In this document: piece by piece, positions 37,727 through 48,532 of the stretch
How the letters are laid out: the number at the start of each line of letters is the position of its first letter
Numbering within the stretch: position 1 is the stretch's first letter
DNA from: Paraphysomonas bandaiensis
Lineage: Eukaryota > Protista > Chrysophyceae
DNA length: 64,000 nucleotides
Direction of reading: 5' to 3'
NCBI GenBank assembly: GCA_965644295.1
Contig: CBFFRP010000182.1
Location: 186,001 to 250,000, forward strand
Position numbers and translations under genes: made by a program
The notes under the pieces: generated by a model
What the model was told of the DNA's origin: nothing
The model's database searches: none
The model's input: the letters and a program-made list of their open reading frames with translations, nothing else

Positions 37727-40700
37727 ATGGCTGATATCAACGAGGCCGCTGACATCACAGAAGATGATCCTGACTTTGGGTGGGACTTAAATGCCGAATA
37801 TGAGTTTGACTCTGACTCTGATCTTGAGTTTGACTCTGATCTTGCTTATGACTGGCTCTTTCGTATCAGTGGTGATAACTCCATGAGTGCTTCTTCTAAT
37901 GAGATGCATGAAGGGGCTGTCAATGGGCATCTCTCACTCTACAGAGGTGATAACTCCATGAGTGCTTCTTCTAATGAGATGCATGAAGGGGCTGTCAATG
38001 GGCATCTCTCACTCTACAGAGGTGATAACTCCATGAGTGCTTCTTCTAATGAGATGCATGAAGGGGCTGTCAATGGGCATCTCTCACTCTACAGAGGTGA
38101 TAACTCCATGAGTGCTTCTTCTAATGAGATGCATGAAGGGGCTGTCAATGGGCATCTCTCACTCTACAGAGGTGATAACTCCATGAGTGCTTCTTCTAAT
38201 GAGATGCATGAAGGGGCTGTCAATGGGCATCTCTCACTCTACAGAGGTGATAACTCCATGAGTGCTTCTTCTAATGAGATGCATGAAGGGGCTGTCAATG
38301 GGCATCTCTCACTCTACAGAGGTGATAACTCCATGAGTGATTTTCAGGATGATGTAGATCAGGATACACTAAATCGAGTAGACGAAGCAAATGATAGTGA
38401 TACTCCCGTTGCTGTAAATCAGGACGCAATAAATGGGGAACGAGGAGATTACGGTAACTCTCATGTAAGAAACAGTAAGAACGAAATATATCGTATCGAA
38501 GATCGGGATATCGATATCATGTGGACTCATTTCAAATTTCTCCGCACTGAGATCAAAACAAAGAAATGGAGTGAATATGATCTTTTCAGACGTGATAAGG
38601 AAAGTCGAATAATTCTGACGGCTACATGTAAGAAATATTTTATTCCTGAGATTATCATGAAGAAATACGTAACACAAAAAGAAATTCGTATACATGATGG
38701 GAACCAGATAACTTTGGATAAAATTATGGGAAGAGTGACGGATCTTGTTAATGCATGTTGTCGTCCATCCGCCGAATCAAGACTAAACACCGAATCAAGA
38801 GTAACGGCCAATGATGACCGCTTCGATGTAAATGAAATGTTGCCGTCAAAGAAAGGTATTATGATATTGATGGCTATTTGGAGCAAGACGCTTCTGAGGA
38901 TACGAGATGACATTCTTCGTATTCGAAACTCTAGTATTGAGCCCTATGATGGCATGACAATGGATGACATTATCCGGGACATGAAACTTGGTCATGTGCT
39001 ACCTCGTGGACATTATTTGAGGAGTAGGGTTTCTAAACGAGCTAAACGAAAAATAATGGAGCGTGATGATATCGATGCGGATGCGTGTAAGCGTTCCCAT
39101 CTTCGCAGACGAGTTGGTTCTTTCGAACACGAGCATTTCGTGTTTAAGCCTCATGAGGTAGAAGTGGTTGAAGCCGAACTTAAAGGTAGAATGGAGGCTC
39201 ACGGGATACCCACGACTTCAACCAATTCGGAAGGCGGAGGAAACGGCCACTCTCTGGACATGCAAAGCAACAAGCCTAAATTTTCTGACATCTATACTCC
39301 AGCATGCAGAAAACAGGTTACAACTAATGGGGGAGGCCAAGATAACGGTCACTCTCATATAAGAAACAGTAAGAACGAAATATATCGTATCGATGATTGG
39401 GATATATATGTCATGTGGACTCATTTCAAATTTCTCCGCACTGAGATCAAAACAAAGAAATGGAGTGAATATGATCTTTTCAGACGTGATAAGGAAAGTC
39501 GAATAATTCTGACGGCTACATGTAAGAAATATTTTATTCCTGAGATTATCATGAAGAAATACGTAACACAAAAAGAAATTCGTATACATGATGGGAACCA
39601 GATAACTTTGGATAAAATTATGGGAAGAGTGACGGATCTTGTTAATGCATGTTGTCGTCCATCCGCCGAATCAAGACTAAACACCGAATCAAGAGTAACG
39701 GCCAATGATGACCGCTTCGATGTAAATGAAATGTTGCCGTCAAAGAAAGGTATTATGATATTGATGGCTATTTGGAGCAAGACGCTTCTGAGGATACGAG
39801 ATGACATTCTTCGTATTCGAAACTCTAGTATTGAGCCCTATGATGGCATGACAATGGATGACATTATCCGGGACATGAAACTTGGTCATGTGCTACCTCG
39901 TGGACATTATTTGAGGAGTAGGGTTTCTAAACGAGCTAAACGAAAAATAATGGAGCGTGATGATATCGATGCGGATGCGTGTAAGCGTTCCCATCTTCGC
40001 AGACGAGTTGGTTCTTTCGAACACGAGCATTTCGTGTTTAAGCCTCATGAGGTAGAAGTGGTTGAAGCCGAACTTAAAGGTAGAATGGAGGCTCACGGGA
40101 TACCCACGACTTCAACCAATTCGGAAGGCGGAGGAAACGGCCACTCTCTGGACATGCAAAGCAACAAGCCTAAATTTTCTGACATCTATACTCCAGCATG
40201 CAGAAAACAGGTTACAACTAATGGGGGAGGCCAAGATAACGGTCACTCTCATATAAGAAACAGTAAGAACGAAATATATCGTATCGATGATTGGGATATA
40301 TATGTCATGTGGACTCATTTCAAATTTCTCCGCACTGAGATCAAAACAAAGAAATGGAGTGAATATGATCTTTTCAGACGTGATAAGGAAAGTCGAATAA
40401 TTCTGACGGCTACATGTAAGAAATATTTTATTCCTGAGATTATCATGAAGAAATACGTAACACAAAAAGAAATTCGTATACATGATGGGAACCAGATAAC
40501 TTTGGATAAAATTATGGGAAGAGTGACGGATCTTGTTAATGCATGTTGTCGTCCATCCGCCGAATCAAGACTAAACACCGAATCAAGAGTAACGGCCAAT
40601 GATGACCGCTTCGATGTAAATGAAATGTTGCCGTCAAAGAAAGGTATTATGATATTGATGGCTATTTGGAGCAAGACGCTTCTGAGGATACGAGATGACA

Positions 40701-43700
40701 TTCTTCGTATTCGAAACTCTAGTATTGAGCCCTATGATGGCATGACAATGGATGACATTATCCGGGACATGAAACTTGGTCATGTGCTACCTCGTGGACA
40801 TTATTTGAGGAGTAGGGTTTCTAAACGAGCTAAACGAAAAATAATGGAGCGTGATGATATCGATGCGGATGCGTGTAAGCGTTCCCATCTTCGCAGACGA
40901 GTTGGTTCTTTCGAACACGAGCATTTCGTGTTTAAGCCTCATGAGGTAGAAGTGGTTGAAGCCGAACTTAAAGGTAGAATGGAGGCTCACGGGATACCCA
41001 CGACTTCAACCAATTCGGAAGGCGGAGGAAACGGCCACTCTCTGGACATGCAAAGCAACAAGCCTAAATTTTCTGACATCTATACTCCAGCATGCAGAAA
41101 ACAGGTTACAACTAATGGGGGAGGCCAAGATAACGGTCACTCTCATATAAGAAACAGTAAGAACGAAATATATCGTATCGATGATTGGGATATATATGTC
41201 ATGTGGACTCATTTCAAATTTCTCCGCACTGAGATCAAAACAAAGAAATGGAGTGAATATGATCTTTTCAGACGTGATAAGGAAAGTCGAATAATTCTGA
41301 CGGCTACATGTAAGAAATATTTTATTCCTGAGATTATCATGAAGAAATACGTAACACAAAAAGAAATTCGTATACATGATGGGAACCAGATAACTTTGGA
41401 TAAAATTATGGGAAGAGTGACGGATCTTGTTAATGCATGTTGTCGTCCATCCGCCGAATCAAGACTAAACACCGAATCAAGAGTAACGGCCAATGATGAC
41501 CGCTTCGATGTAAATGAAATGTTGCCGTCAAAGAAAGGTATTATGATATTGATGGCTATTTGGAGCAAGACGCTTCTGAGGATACGAGATGACATTCTTC
41601 GTATTCGAAACTCTAGTATTGAGCCCTATGATGGCATGACAATGGATGACATTATCCGGGACATGAAACTTGGTCATGTGCTACCTCGTGGACATTATTT
41701 GAGGAGTAGGGTTTCTAAACGAGCTAAACGAAAAATAATGGAGCGTGATGATATCGATGCGGATGCGTGTAAGCGTTCCCATCTTCGCAGACGAGTTGGT
41801 TCTTTCGAACACGAGCATTTCGTGTTTAAGCCTCATGAGGTAGAAGTGGTTGAAGCCGAACTTAAAGGTAGAATGGAGGCTCACGGGATACCCACGACTT
41901 CAACCAATTCGGAAGGCGGAGGAAACGGCCACTCTCTGGACATGCAAAGCAACAAGCCTAAATTTTCTGACATCTATACTCCAGCATGCAGAAAACAGGT
42001 TACAACTAATGGGGGAGGCCAAGATAACGGTCACTCTCATATAAGAAACAGTAAGAACGAAATATATCGTATCGATGATTGGGATATATATGTCATGTGG
42101 ACTCATTTCAAATTTCTCCGCACTGAGATCAAAACAAAGAAATGGAGTGAATATGATCTTTTCAGACGTGATAAGGAAAGTCGAATAATTCTGACGGCTA
42201 CATGTAAGAAATATTTTATTCCTGAGATTATCATGAAGAAATACGTAACACAAAAAGAAATTCGTATACATGATGGGAACCAGATAACTTTGGATAAAAT
42301 TATGGGAAGAGTGACGGATCTTGTTAATGCATGTTGTCGTCCATCCGCCGAATCAAGACTAAACACCGAATCAAGAGTAACGGCCAATGATGACCGCTTC
42401 GATGTAAATGAAATGTTGCCGTCAAAGAAAGGTATTATGATATTGATGGCTATTTGGAGCAAGACGCTTCTGAGGATACGAGATGACATTCTTCGTATTC
42501 GAAACTCTAGTATTGAGCCCTATGATGGCATGACAATGGATGACATTATCCGGGACATGAAACTTGGTCATGTGCTACCTCGTGGACATTATTTGAGGAG
42601 TAGGGTTTCTAAACGAGCTAAACGAAAAATAATGGAGCGTGATGATATCGATGCGGATGCGTGTAAGCGTTCCCATCTTCGCAGACGAGTTGGTTCTTTC
42701 GAACACGAGCATTTCGTGTTTAAGCCTCATGAGGTAGAAGTGGTTGAAGCCGAACTTAAAGGTAGAATGGAGGCTCACGGGATACCCACGACTTCAACCA
42801 ATTCGGAAGGCGGAGGAAACGGCCACTCTCTGGACATGCAAAGCAACAAGCCTAAATTTTCTGACATCTATACTCCAGCATGCAGAAAACAGGTTACAAC
42901 TAATGGGGGAGGCCAAGATAACGGTCACTCTCATATAAGAAACAGTAAGAACGAAATATATCGTATCGATGATTGGGATATATATGTCATGTGGACTCAT
43001 TTCAAATTTCTCCGCACTGAGATCAAAACAAAGAAATGGAGTGAATATGATCTTTTCAGACGTGATAAGGAAAGTCGAATAATTCTGACGGCTACATGTA
43101 AGAAATATTTTATTCCTGAGATTATCATGAAGAAATACGTAACACAAAAAGAAATTCGTATACATGATGGGAACCAGATAACTTTGGATAAAATTATGGG
43201 AAGAGTGACGGATCTTGTTAATGCATGTTGTCGTCCATCCGCCGAATCAAGACTAAACACCGAATCAAGAGTAACGGCCAATGATGACCGCTTCGATGTA
43301 AATGAAATGTTGCCGTCAAAGAAAGGTATTATGATATTGATGGCTATTTGGAGCAAGACGCTTCTGAGGATACGAGATGACATTCTTCGTATTCGAAACT
43401 CTAGTATTGAGCCCTATGATGGCATGACAATGGATGACATTATCCGGGACATGAAACTTGGTCATGTGCTACCTCGTGGACATTATTTGAGGAGTAGGGT
43501 TTCTAAACGAGCTAAACGAAAAATAATGGAGCGTGATGATATCGATGCGGATGCGTGTAAGCGTTCCCATCTTCGCAGACGAGTTGGTTCTTTCGAACAC
43601 GAGCATTTCGTGTTTAAGCCTCATGAGGTAGAAGTGGTTGAAGCCGAACTTAAAGGTAGAATGGAGGCTCACGGGATACCCACGACTTCAACCAATTCGG

Positions 43701-45487
43701 AAGGCGGAGGAAACGGCCACTCTCTGGACATGCAAAGCAACAAGCCTAAATTTTCTGACATCTATACTCCAGCATGCAGAAAACAGGTTACAACTAATGG
43801 GGGAGGCCAAGATAACGGTCACTCTCATATAAGAAACAGTAAGAACGAAATATATCGTATCGATGATTGGGATATATATGTCATGTGGACTCATTTCAAA
43901 TTTCTCCGCACTGAGATCAAAACACAGAAATGGAGTGAATATGATCTTTTCAGACGTGATAAGGAAAGTCGAATAATTCTGACGGCTACATGTAAGAAAT
44001 ATTTTATTCCTGAGATTATCATGAAGAAATACGTAACACAAAAAGAAATTCGTATACATGATGGGAACCAGATAACTTTGGATAAAATTATGGGAAGAGT
44101 GACGGATCTTGTTAATGCATGTTGTCGTCCATCCGCCGAATCAAGACTAAACACCGAATCAAGAGTAACGGCCAATGATGACCGCTTCGATGTAAATGAA
44201 ATGTTGCCGTCAAAGAAAGGTATTATGATATTGATGGCTATTTGGAGCAAGACGCTTCTGAGGATACGAGATGACATTCTTCGTATTCGAAACTCTAGTA
44301 TTGAGCCCTATGATGGCATGACAATGGATGACATTATCCGGGACATGAAACTTGGTCATGTGCTACCTCGTGGACATTATTTGAGGAGTAGGGTTTCTAA
44401 ACGAGCTAAACGAAAAATAATGGAGCGTGATGATATCGATGCGGATGCGTGTAAGCGTTCCCATCTTCGCAGACGAGTTGGTTCTTTCGAACACGAGCAT
44501 TTCGTGTTTAAGCCTCATGAGGTAGAAGTGGTTGAAGCCGAACTTAAAGGTAGAATGGAGGCTCACGGGATACCCACGACTTCAACCAATTCGGAAGGCG
44601 GAGGAAACGGCCACTCTCTGGACATGCAAAGCAACAAGCCTAAATTTTCTGACATCTATACTCCAGCATGCAGAAAACAGGTTACAACTAATGGGGGAGG
44701 CCAAGATAACGGTCACTCTCATATAAGAAACAGTAAGAACGAAATATATCGTATCGATGATTGGGATATATATGTCATGTGGACTCATTTCAAATTTCTC
44801 CGCACTGAGATCAAAACACAGAATTGGAGTGAATATGATCTTTTCAGACGTGATAAGGAAAGTCGAATAATTCTGACGGCTACATGTAAGAAATATTTTA
44901 TTCCTGAGATTATCATGAAGAAATACGTAACACAAAAAGAAATTCGTATACATGATGGGAACCAGATAACTTTGGATAAAATTATGGGAAGAGTGACGGA
45001 TCTTGTTAATGCATGTTGTCGTCCATCCGCCGAATCAAGACTAAACACCGAATCAAGAGTAACGGCCAATGATGACCGCTTCGATGTAAATGAAATGTTG
45101 CCGTCAAAGAAAGGTATTATGATATTGATGGCTATTTGGAGCAAGACGCTTCTGAGGATACGAGATGACATTCTTCGTATTCGAAACTCTAGTATTGAGC
45201 CCTATGATGGCATGACAATGGATGACATTATCCGGGACATGAAACTTGGTCATGTGCTACCTCGTGGACATTATTTGAGGAGTAGGGTTTCTAAACGAGC
45301 TAAACGAAAAATAATGGAGCGTGATGATATCGATGCGGATGCGTGTAAGCGTTCCCATCTTCGCAGACGAGTTGGTTCTTTCGAACACGAGCATTTCGTG
45401 TTTAAGCCTCATGAGGTAGAAGTGGTTGAAGCCGAACTTAAAGGTAGAATGGAGGCTCACGGGATACCCACGACTTCTCCAGGATAG
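37727..45487 (+). CDS. Giant intronless tandem-repeat protein of unknown family (~2,586 aa: acidic N-terminus, 6x25-aa repeats, 8x298-aa units)
   Basis: Uninterrupted ORF; the domain is conserved with a paralog at 62073-63929, which supports real coding function. Confidence 0.8.
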   Translation: MADINEAADITEDDPDFGWDLNAEYEFDSDSDLEFDSDLAYDWLFRISGDNSMSASSNEMHEGAVNGHLSLYRGDNSMSASSNEMHEGAVNGHLSLYRGDNSMSASSNEMHEGAVNGHLSLYRGDNSMSASSNEMHEGAVNGHLSLYRGDNSMSASSNEMHEGAVNGHLSLYRGDNSMSASSNEMHEGAVNGHLSLYRGDNSMSDFQDDVDQDTLNRVDEANDSDTPVAVNQDAINGERGDYGNSHVRNSKNEIYRIEDRDIDIMWTHFKFLRTEIKTKKWSEYDLFRRDKESRIILTATCKKYFIPEIIMKKYVTQKEIRIHDGNQITLDKIMGRVTDLVNACCRPSAESRLNTESRVTANDDRFDVNEMLPSKKGIMILMAIWSKTLLRIRDDILRIRNSSIEPYDGMTMDDIIRDMKLGHVLPRGHYLRSRVSKRAKRKIMERDDIDADACKRSHLRRRVGSFEHEHFVFKPHEVEVVEAELKGRMEAHGIPTTSTNSEGGGNGHSLDMQSNKPKFSDIYTPACRKQVTTNGGGQDNGHSHIRNSKNEIYRIDDWDIYVMWTHFKFLRTEIKTKKWSEYDLFRRDKESRIILTATCKKYFIPEIIMKKYVTQKEIRIHDGNQITLDKIMGRVTDLVNACCRPSAESRLNTESRVTANDDRFDVNEMLPSKKGIMILMAIWSKTLLRIRDDILRIRNSSIEPYDGMTMDDIIRDMKLGHVLPRGHYLRSRVSKRAKRKIMERDDIDADACKRSHLRRRVGSFEHEHFVFKPHEVEVVEAELKGRMEAHGIPTTSTNSEGGGNGHSLDMQSNKPKFSDIYTPACRKQVTTNGGGQDNGHSHIRNSKNEIYRIDDWDIYVMWTHFKFLRTEIKTKKWSEYDLFRRDKESRIILTATCKKYFIPEIIMKKYVTQKEIRIHDGNQITLDKIMGRVTDLVNACCRPSAESRLNTESRVTANDDRFDVNEMLPSKKGIMILMAIWSKTLLRIRDDILRIRNSSIEPYDGMTMDDIIRDMKLGHVLPRGHYLRSRVSKRAKRKIMERDDIDADACKRSHLRRRVGSFEHEHFVFKPHEVEVVEAELKGRMEAHGIPTTSTNSEGGGNGHSLDMQSNKPKFSDIYTPACRKQVTTNGGGQDNGHSHIRNSKNEIYRIDDWDIYVMWTHFKFLRTEIKTKKWSEYDLFRRDKESRIILTATCKKYFIPEIIMKKYVTQKEIRIHDGNQITLDKIMGRVTDLVNACCRPSAESRLNTESRVTANDDRFDVNEMLPSKKGIMILMAIWSKTLLRIRDDILRIRNSSIEPYDGMTMDDIIRDMKLGHVLPRGHYLRSRVSKRAKRKIMERDDIDADACKRSHLRRRVGSFEHEHFVFKPHEVEVVEAELKGRMEAHGIPTTSTNSEGGGNGHSLDMQSNKPKFSDIYTPACRKQVTTNGGGQDNGHSHIRNSKNEIYRIDDWDIYVMWTHFKFLRTEIKTKKWSEYDLFRRDKESRIILTATCKKYFIPEIIMKKYVTQKEIRIHDGNQITLDKIMGRVTDLVNACCRPSAESRLNTESRVTANDDRFDVNEMLPSKKGIMILMAIWSKTLLRIRDDILRIRNSSIEPYDGMTMDDIIRDMKLGHVLPRGHYLRSRVSKRAKRKIMERDDIDADACKRSHLRRRVGSFEHEHFVFKPHEVEVVEAELKGRMEAHGIPTTSTNSEGGGNGHSLDMQSNKPKFSDIYTPACRKQVTTNGGGQDNGHSHIRNSKNEIYRIDDWDIYVMWTHFKFLRTEIKTKKWSEYDLFRRDKESRIILTATCKKYFIPEIIMKKYVTQKEIRIHDGNQITLDKIMGRVTDLVNACCRPSAESRLNTESRVTANDDRFDVNEMLPSKKGIMILMAIWSKTLLRIRDDILRIRNSSIEPYDGMTMDDIIRDMKLGHVLPRGHYLRSRVSKRAKRKIMERDDIDADACKRSHLRRRVGSFEHEHFVFKPHEVEVVEAELKGRMEAHGIPTTSTNSEGGGNGHSLDMQSNKPKFSDIYTPACRKQVTTNGGGQDNGHSHIRNSKNEIYRIDDWDIYVMWTHFKFLRTEIKTQKWSEYDLFRRDKESRIILTATCKKYFIPEIIMKKYVTQKEIRIHDGNQITLDKIMGRVTDLVNACCRPSAESRLNTESRVTANDDRFDVNEMLPSKKGIMILMAIWSKTLLRIRDDILRIRNSSIEPYDGMTMDDIIRDMKLGHVLPRGHYLRSRVSKRAKRKIMERDDIDADACKRSHLRRRVGSFEHEHFVFKPHEVEVVEAELKGRMEAHGIPTTSTNSEGGGNGHSLDMQSNKPKFSDIYTPACRKQVTTNGGGQDNGHSHIRNSKNEIYRIDDWDIYVMWTHFKFLRTEIKTQNWSEYDLFRRDKESRIILTATCKKYFIPEIIMKKYVTQKEIRIHDGNQITLDKIMGRVTDLVNACCRPSAESRLNTESRVTANDDRFDVNEMLPSKKGIMILMAIWSKTLLRIRDDILRIRNSSIEPYDGMTMDDIIRDMKLGHVLPRGHYLRSRVSKRAKRKIMERDDIDADACKRSHLRRRVGSFEHEHFVFKPHEVEVVEAELKGRMEAHGIPTTSPG
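37871..38339 (+). repeat. In-frame 75-bp minisatellite, 6 perfect copies plus 19 bp
   Basis: Unit ggtgataactccatgagt...ctctacaga encodes GDNSMSASSNEMHEGAVNGHLSLYR. Confidence 0.97.
38450..45477 (+). repeat. In-frame 894-bp tandem array, 8 units (last lacks the linker)
   Basis: Shadow ORFs recur at 38527, 39421 ... 44785; the only variants noticed are at the start of unit 1 and at 43925, 44819 and 44824. Confidence 0.97.
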
Positions 45488-45813
45488 CCATTAGGCATGA
45501 AATGGTGCTTACACCAATGTTGGAATACATCATGCAGTGTGTAACTACCATTTCGCGTTGTGGCAAACTATATACTTTGTAGTCTAAGAAAAACAAAATA
45601 TATGCTATATTGCTTGAAACTGAGATATCATAAGTATTTAAAGTACTTTAAATGAAATATGGTTAAGGAATAGGGAAGTATACAAAATATAAATAAATAT
45701 GTGTATTTCTGAACTAGATTTTTTCTTCTGTTCATTTCATTTCTCTAAACTTTGTACCTCGTGAGCATACATGAATTTATAGTCTGGTGAAGTAGTTGTC
45801 CTCCTTGTTGAAA

Positions 45814-45883
45814 TTGACTAGGTTGAATTATTTATTACTTAGACTAGGTATTTACACCAAGAATAGTGTGACTAGGAAATTTC
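45814..45883. mobile_element. Fragment of the GACTAGG fold-back element
   Basis: ttgactaggttgaattatttattacttagactagg...gtgtgactagg matches 55065-55130. Confidence 0.65.
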
Positions 45884-45989
45884 CGTTTCATTGCATGTTT
45901 TCTATCTATTCCGGTTGATATATATAGATTTTGTAGGCTCTATATTTCATTGCTACATAGAATACCGGATGGTTACTAGCGATAAACAT

Positions 45990-46108
45990 CAGGGCTGCGT
46001 AACAATTATTTGTATTGCAATAATTGTAATTATAATTGCGCCAGCATATCTAACAATTTCAATTTATTTGCTAAAAAGCATTTTCAATTTAATTGTTACG
46101 CAGCCCTG
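45990..46108. mobile_element. hAT-type MITE (119 bp)
   Basis: Perfect 19-bp TIR cagggctgcgtaacaatta; 8-bp TSD ataaacat/atacacat (7 of 8 match). Confidence 0.9.
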
Positions 46109-46436
46109 ATACACATCAACAAGCAACAAATACATACTATGTACTATGGAGTAGGTTGTAGTTAATGGATAAAAGCCACGAATACTATAGGCTAGTACAG
46201 ACAAAACCAATGTGTATAATTAGTATAATATATTGCAGACTACTATCCTACTAATTCTTATAGAAATAGCTTTTTCAAGCATCTATCAGTATCAATTGTT
46301 CCATTCTCCCTAAAAAATATCAATGACATTTTCAAGACAATATGTTGTTCCCAGGTGAGGCCTACTCCGAAGTGAAAGAAATAGGTGTGAGAATAGGTAT
46401 GTTCTAAAAGTATATTACTTTATATATATTCTAATT

Positions 46437-47602
46437 CTACACACACAGAATTTTCCTTTGCTTCATCGCACTTCTGGTATATTCAATAATCAAGAGGACA
46501 TACACCAAACACATTGCGAGGCCTGAGAAAAAGAGATAGTTGGCATTGCCTGAACCCTTATCCACCCACAGAGACAATACATGTGGGCTTAACACAGCGG
46601 TACCGACAACTATAACAAATATATACTCTTTGTATCTAATTTGAGCTATAACTGTATCGAACGTGAGAAAACATGATATGACGAGTACGATGTCAGCAAA
46701 TGAAGTTGTCTCACAGTACATATAAATTACGGCCATGGCGATGTAACCCTACGAAATACATCAACATAATATAAAAAACAGGAATCACTCACCGATATTG
46801 TGGGTGATTGAGGAAGGCGAATGCAGAGCACCAGCGGAAACATGTACGGCTGTGAATTCAATAGAATTTTGAAGTAAAGAGAATATTTCTCGAACATTTG
46901 TGCATCAAGATACCACCGTATACCGAATGATGGTATAAAAGTTCTAGTTATTGTCGACGGATAACTGAGGGTGTATGATGACGTAGGTGGGAGGTTGTAG
47001 CAGCAAGCAAACGCGACTGAGAATATGAAGAAAAGGGCAGATATAGACGTAGTCCTAAATGTGAAAATCCCGCCACTAAGCAACGCTGTGACCGGTGCTA
47101 TGAGTGGAATAAAATCATGCTGTATATATACCATAACAGAAAATAACACAATGGCGACAGTCACAAATTTCTTCCTTGATGCATGCATAACGCATAGTAA
47201 CAAAAAATGAATGGCACTTGGAATTGGGGACAGCGCACATGATAGACATGTAATAGGATTCAGCCAGTAAAAGTATGCAGCTGTTTGGGTTGCAGATGTT
47301 GCCACAGTTCGACTGTTACGAAGAAGTATATAGCAAAACAGCTGACAACATATGCTGAATACAGCACGTGACCATACAGACACAATCATAAGAGAAACAA
47401 ATGGGAGATTCATGAATCTTGGACAGATATCTGCTAGATAATCCATGTTTCTTGATTGTAAGAATTGGCATTCGAGTAATACATCTGTTTGTTGCAGTGG
47501 ATGTACTATAAAGCTATTGATATGCCATGGTATCATATGTATATATATATGAGCCATACATCGTATGAATAATCCAATTGATATAACTAGAAGATCATTC
47601 AT
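46437..47602 (-). CDS. PIGU: GPI transamidase subunit PIG-U (2 exons)
   Basis: FYWLNPITCLSC, PSFGIRWYLDAQMFEKY and LWVDKGSGNANYLF match the PIG-U/Gab1 motifs; polytopic hydrophobic protein. Confidence 0.85.
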
Positions 47603-48532
47603 GATATGAGGTTTTAGTGGGTTATAACATGATACTGTTTTGAGGTGTGAGTTTGATGTGGATAATGATATATCTTGCAGTAATATGTATGTGTATATGT
47701 GATCTGTTGTCTATTAACATCTACAGGCAGAGTACACAGTAGCTATACTCATATCTCATATATAATATACGTACATACTGTATATATGACAACTCGGGTA
47801 CATAAAATACCTCTATATAATCTATATTTCTTATGTTTTTATATATTAAGGATGTTTTATGTGATAAAATCAGTCTTTTTGACTCAATAAAGTAGTTAAA
47901 TATAGGAATTCCTACTGCAAAAACCTCTCTCCCAAGAGAGTCCCACACCACGTGCTCGAGCACCACGCTGTGTGGTGCCTTATCAGAATACATAAAAAAT
48001 AAACTAGAATACCATGTCATACTGTAGTTTCTCATACTTAAAAGACATGAAATTCTCTCTTATAAACATGAAAATAAGACATTTTTCTACATTTCCATAA
48101 TTTTTAAATTCAAAATTTAGAGATATTTTTTTATTTTTTTACTTTTTATCATATTTTTATATCAGAAGACATCATCATCAGCAGTTGACTAAAATGTTGA
48201 AGCAATGGACAGAATTGCAATGAAGTATTGAGATGGTTGGTAAGCCATTTAATTTCTTTCATCCTATAAATTCTACGTATATATCTATAAGTTTAAGTTA
48301 CATACATATATATATATATATTGAATGGTTACTGTGTATATATTGAGTTGGAATACCTCCTCTATCAATCAGTGACTTCCTTTGATATAATAGAATGCTA
48401 TATTGGTCTTATCATATAGAGGTTTCATATACAAGAGATCATTATAGTCTATAAGAAGAATACATACACATATATCATCATTTGCACATATTAAACCATC
48501 ATATTTTTGTATTAACTGTATTACCACAAAAA

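Noticed and set aside
38369-45460. Recurrent 64-128 aa alternative-frame and antisense ORFs
   Set aside because: Shadows of the main ORF repeated by the 894-bp array.
37871-45477. CRISPR-like array
   Set aside because: Units are contiguous with no unique spacers, there are no cas genes, and the context is eukaryotic.
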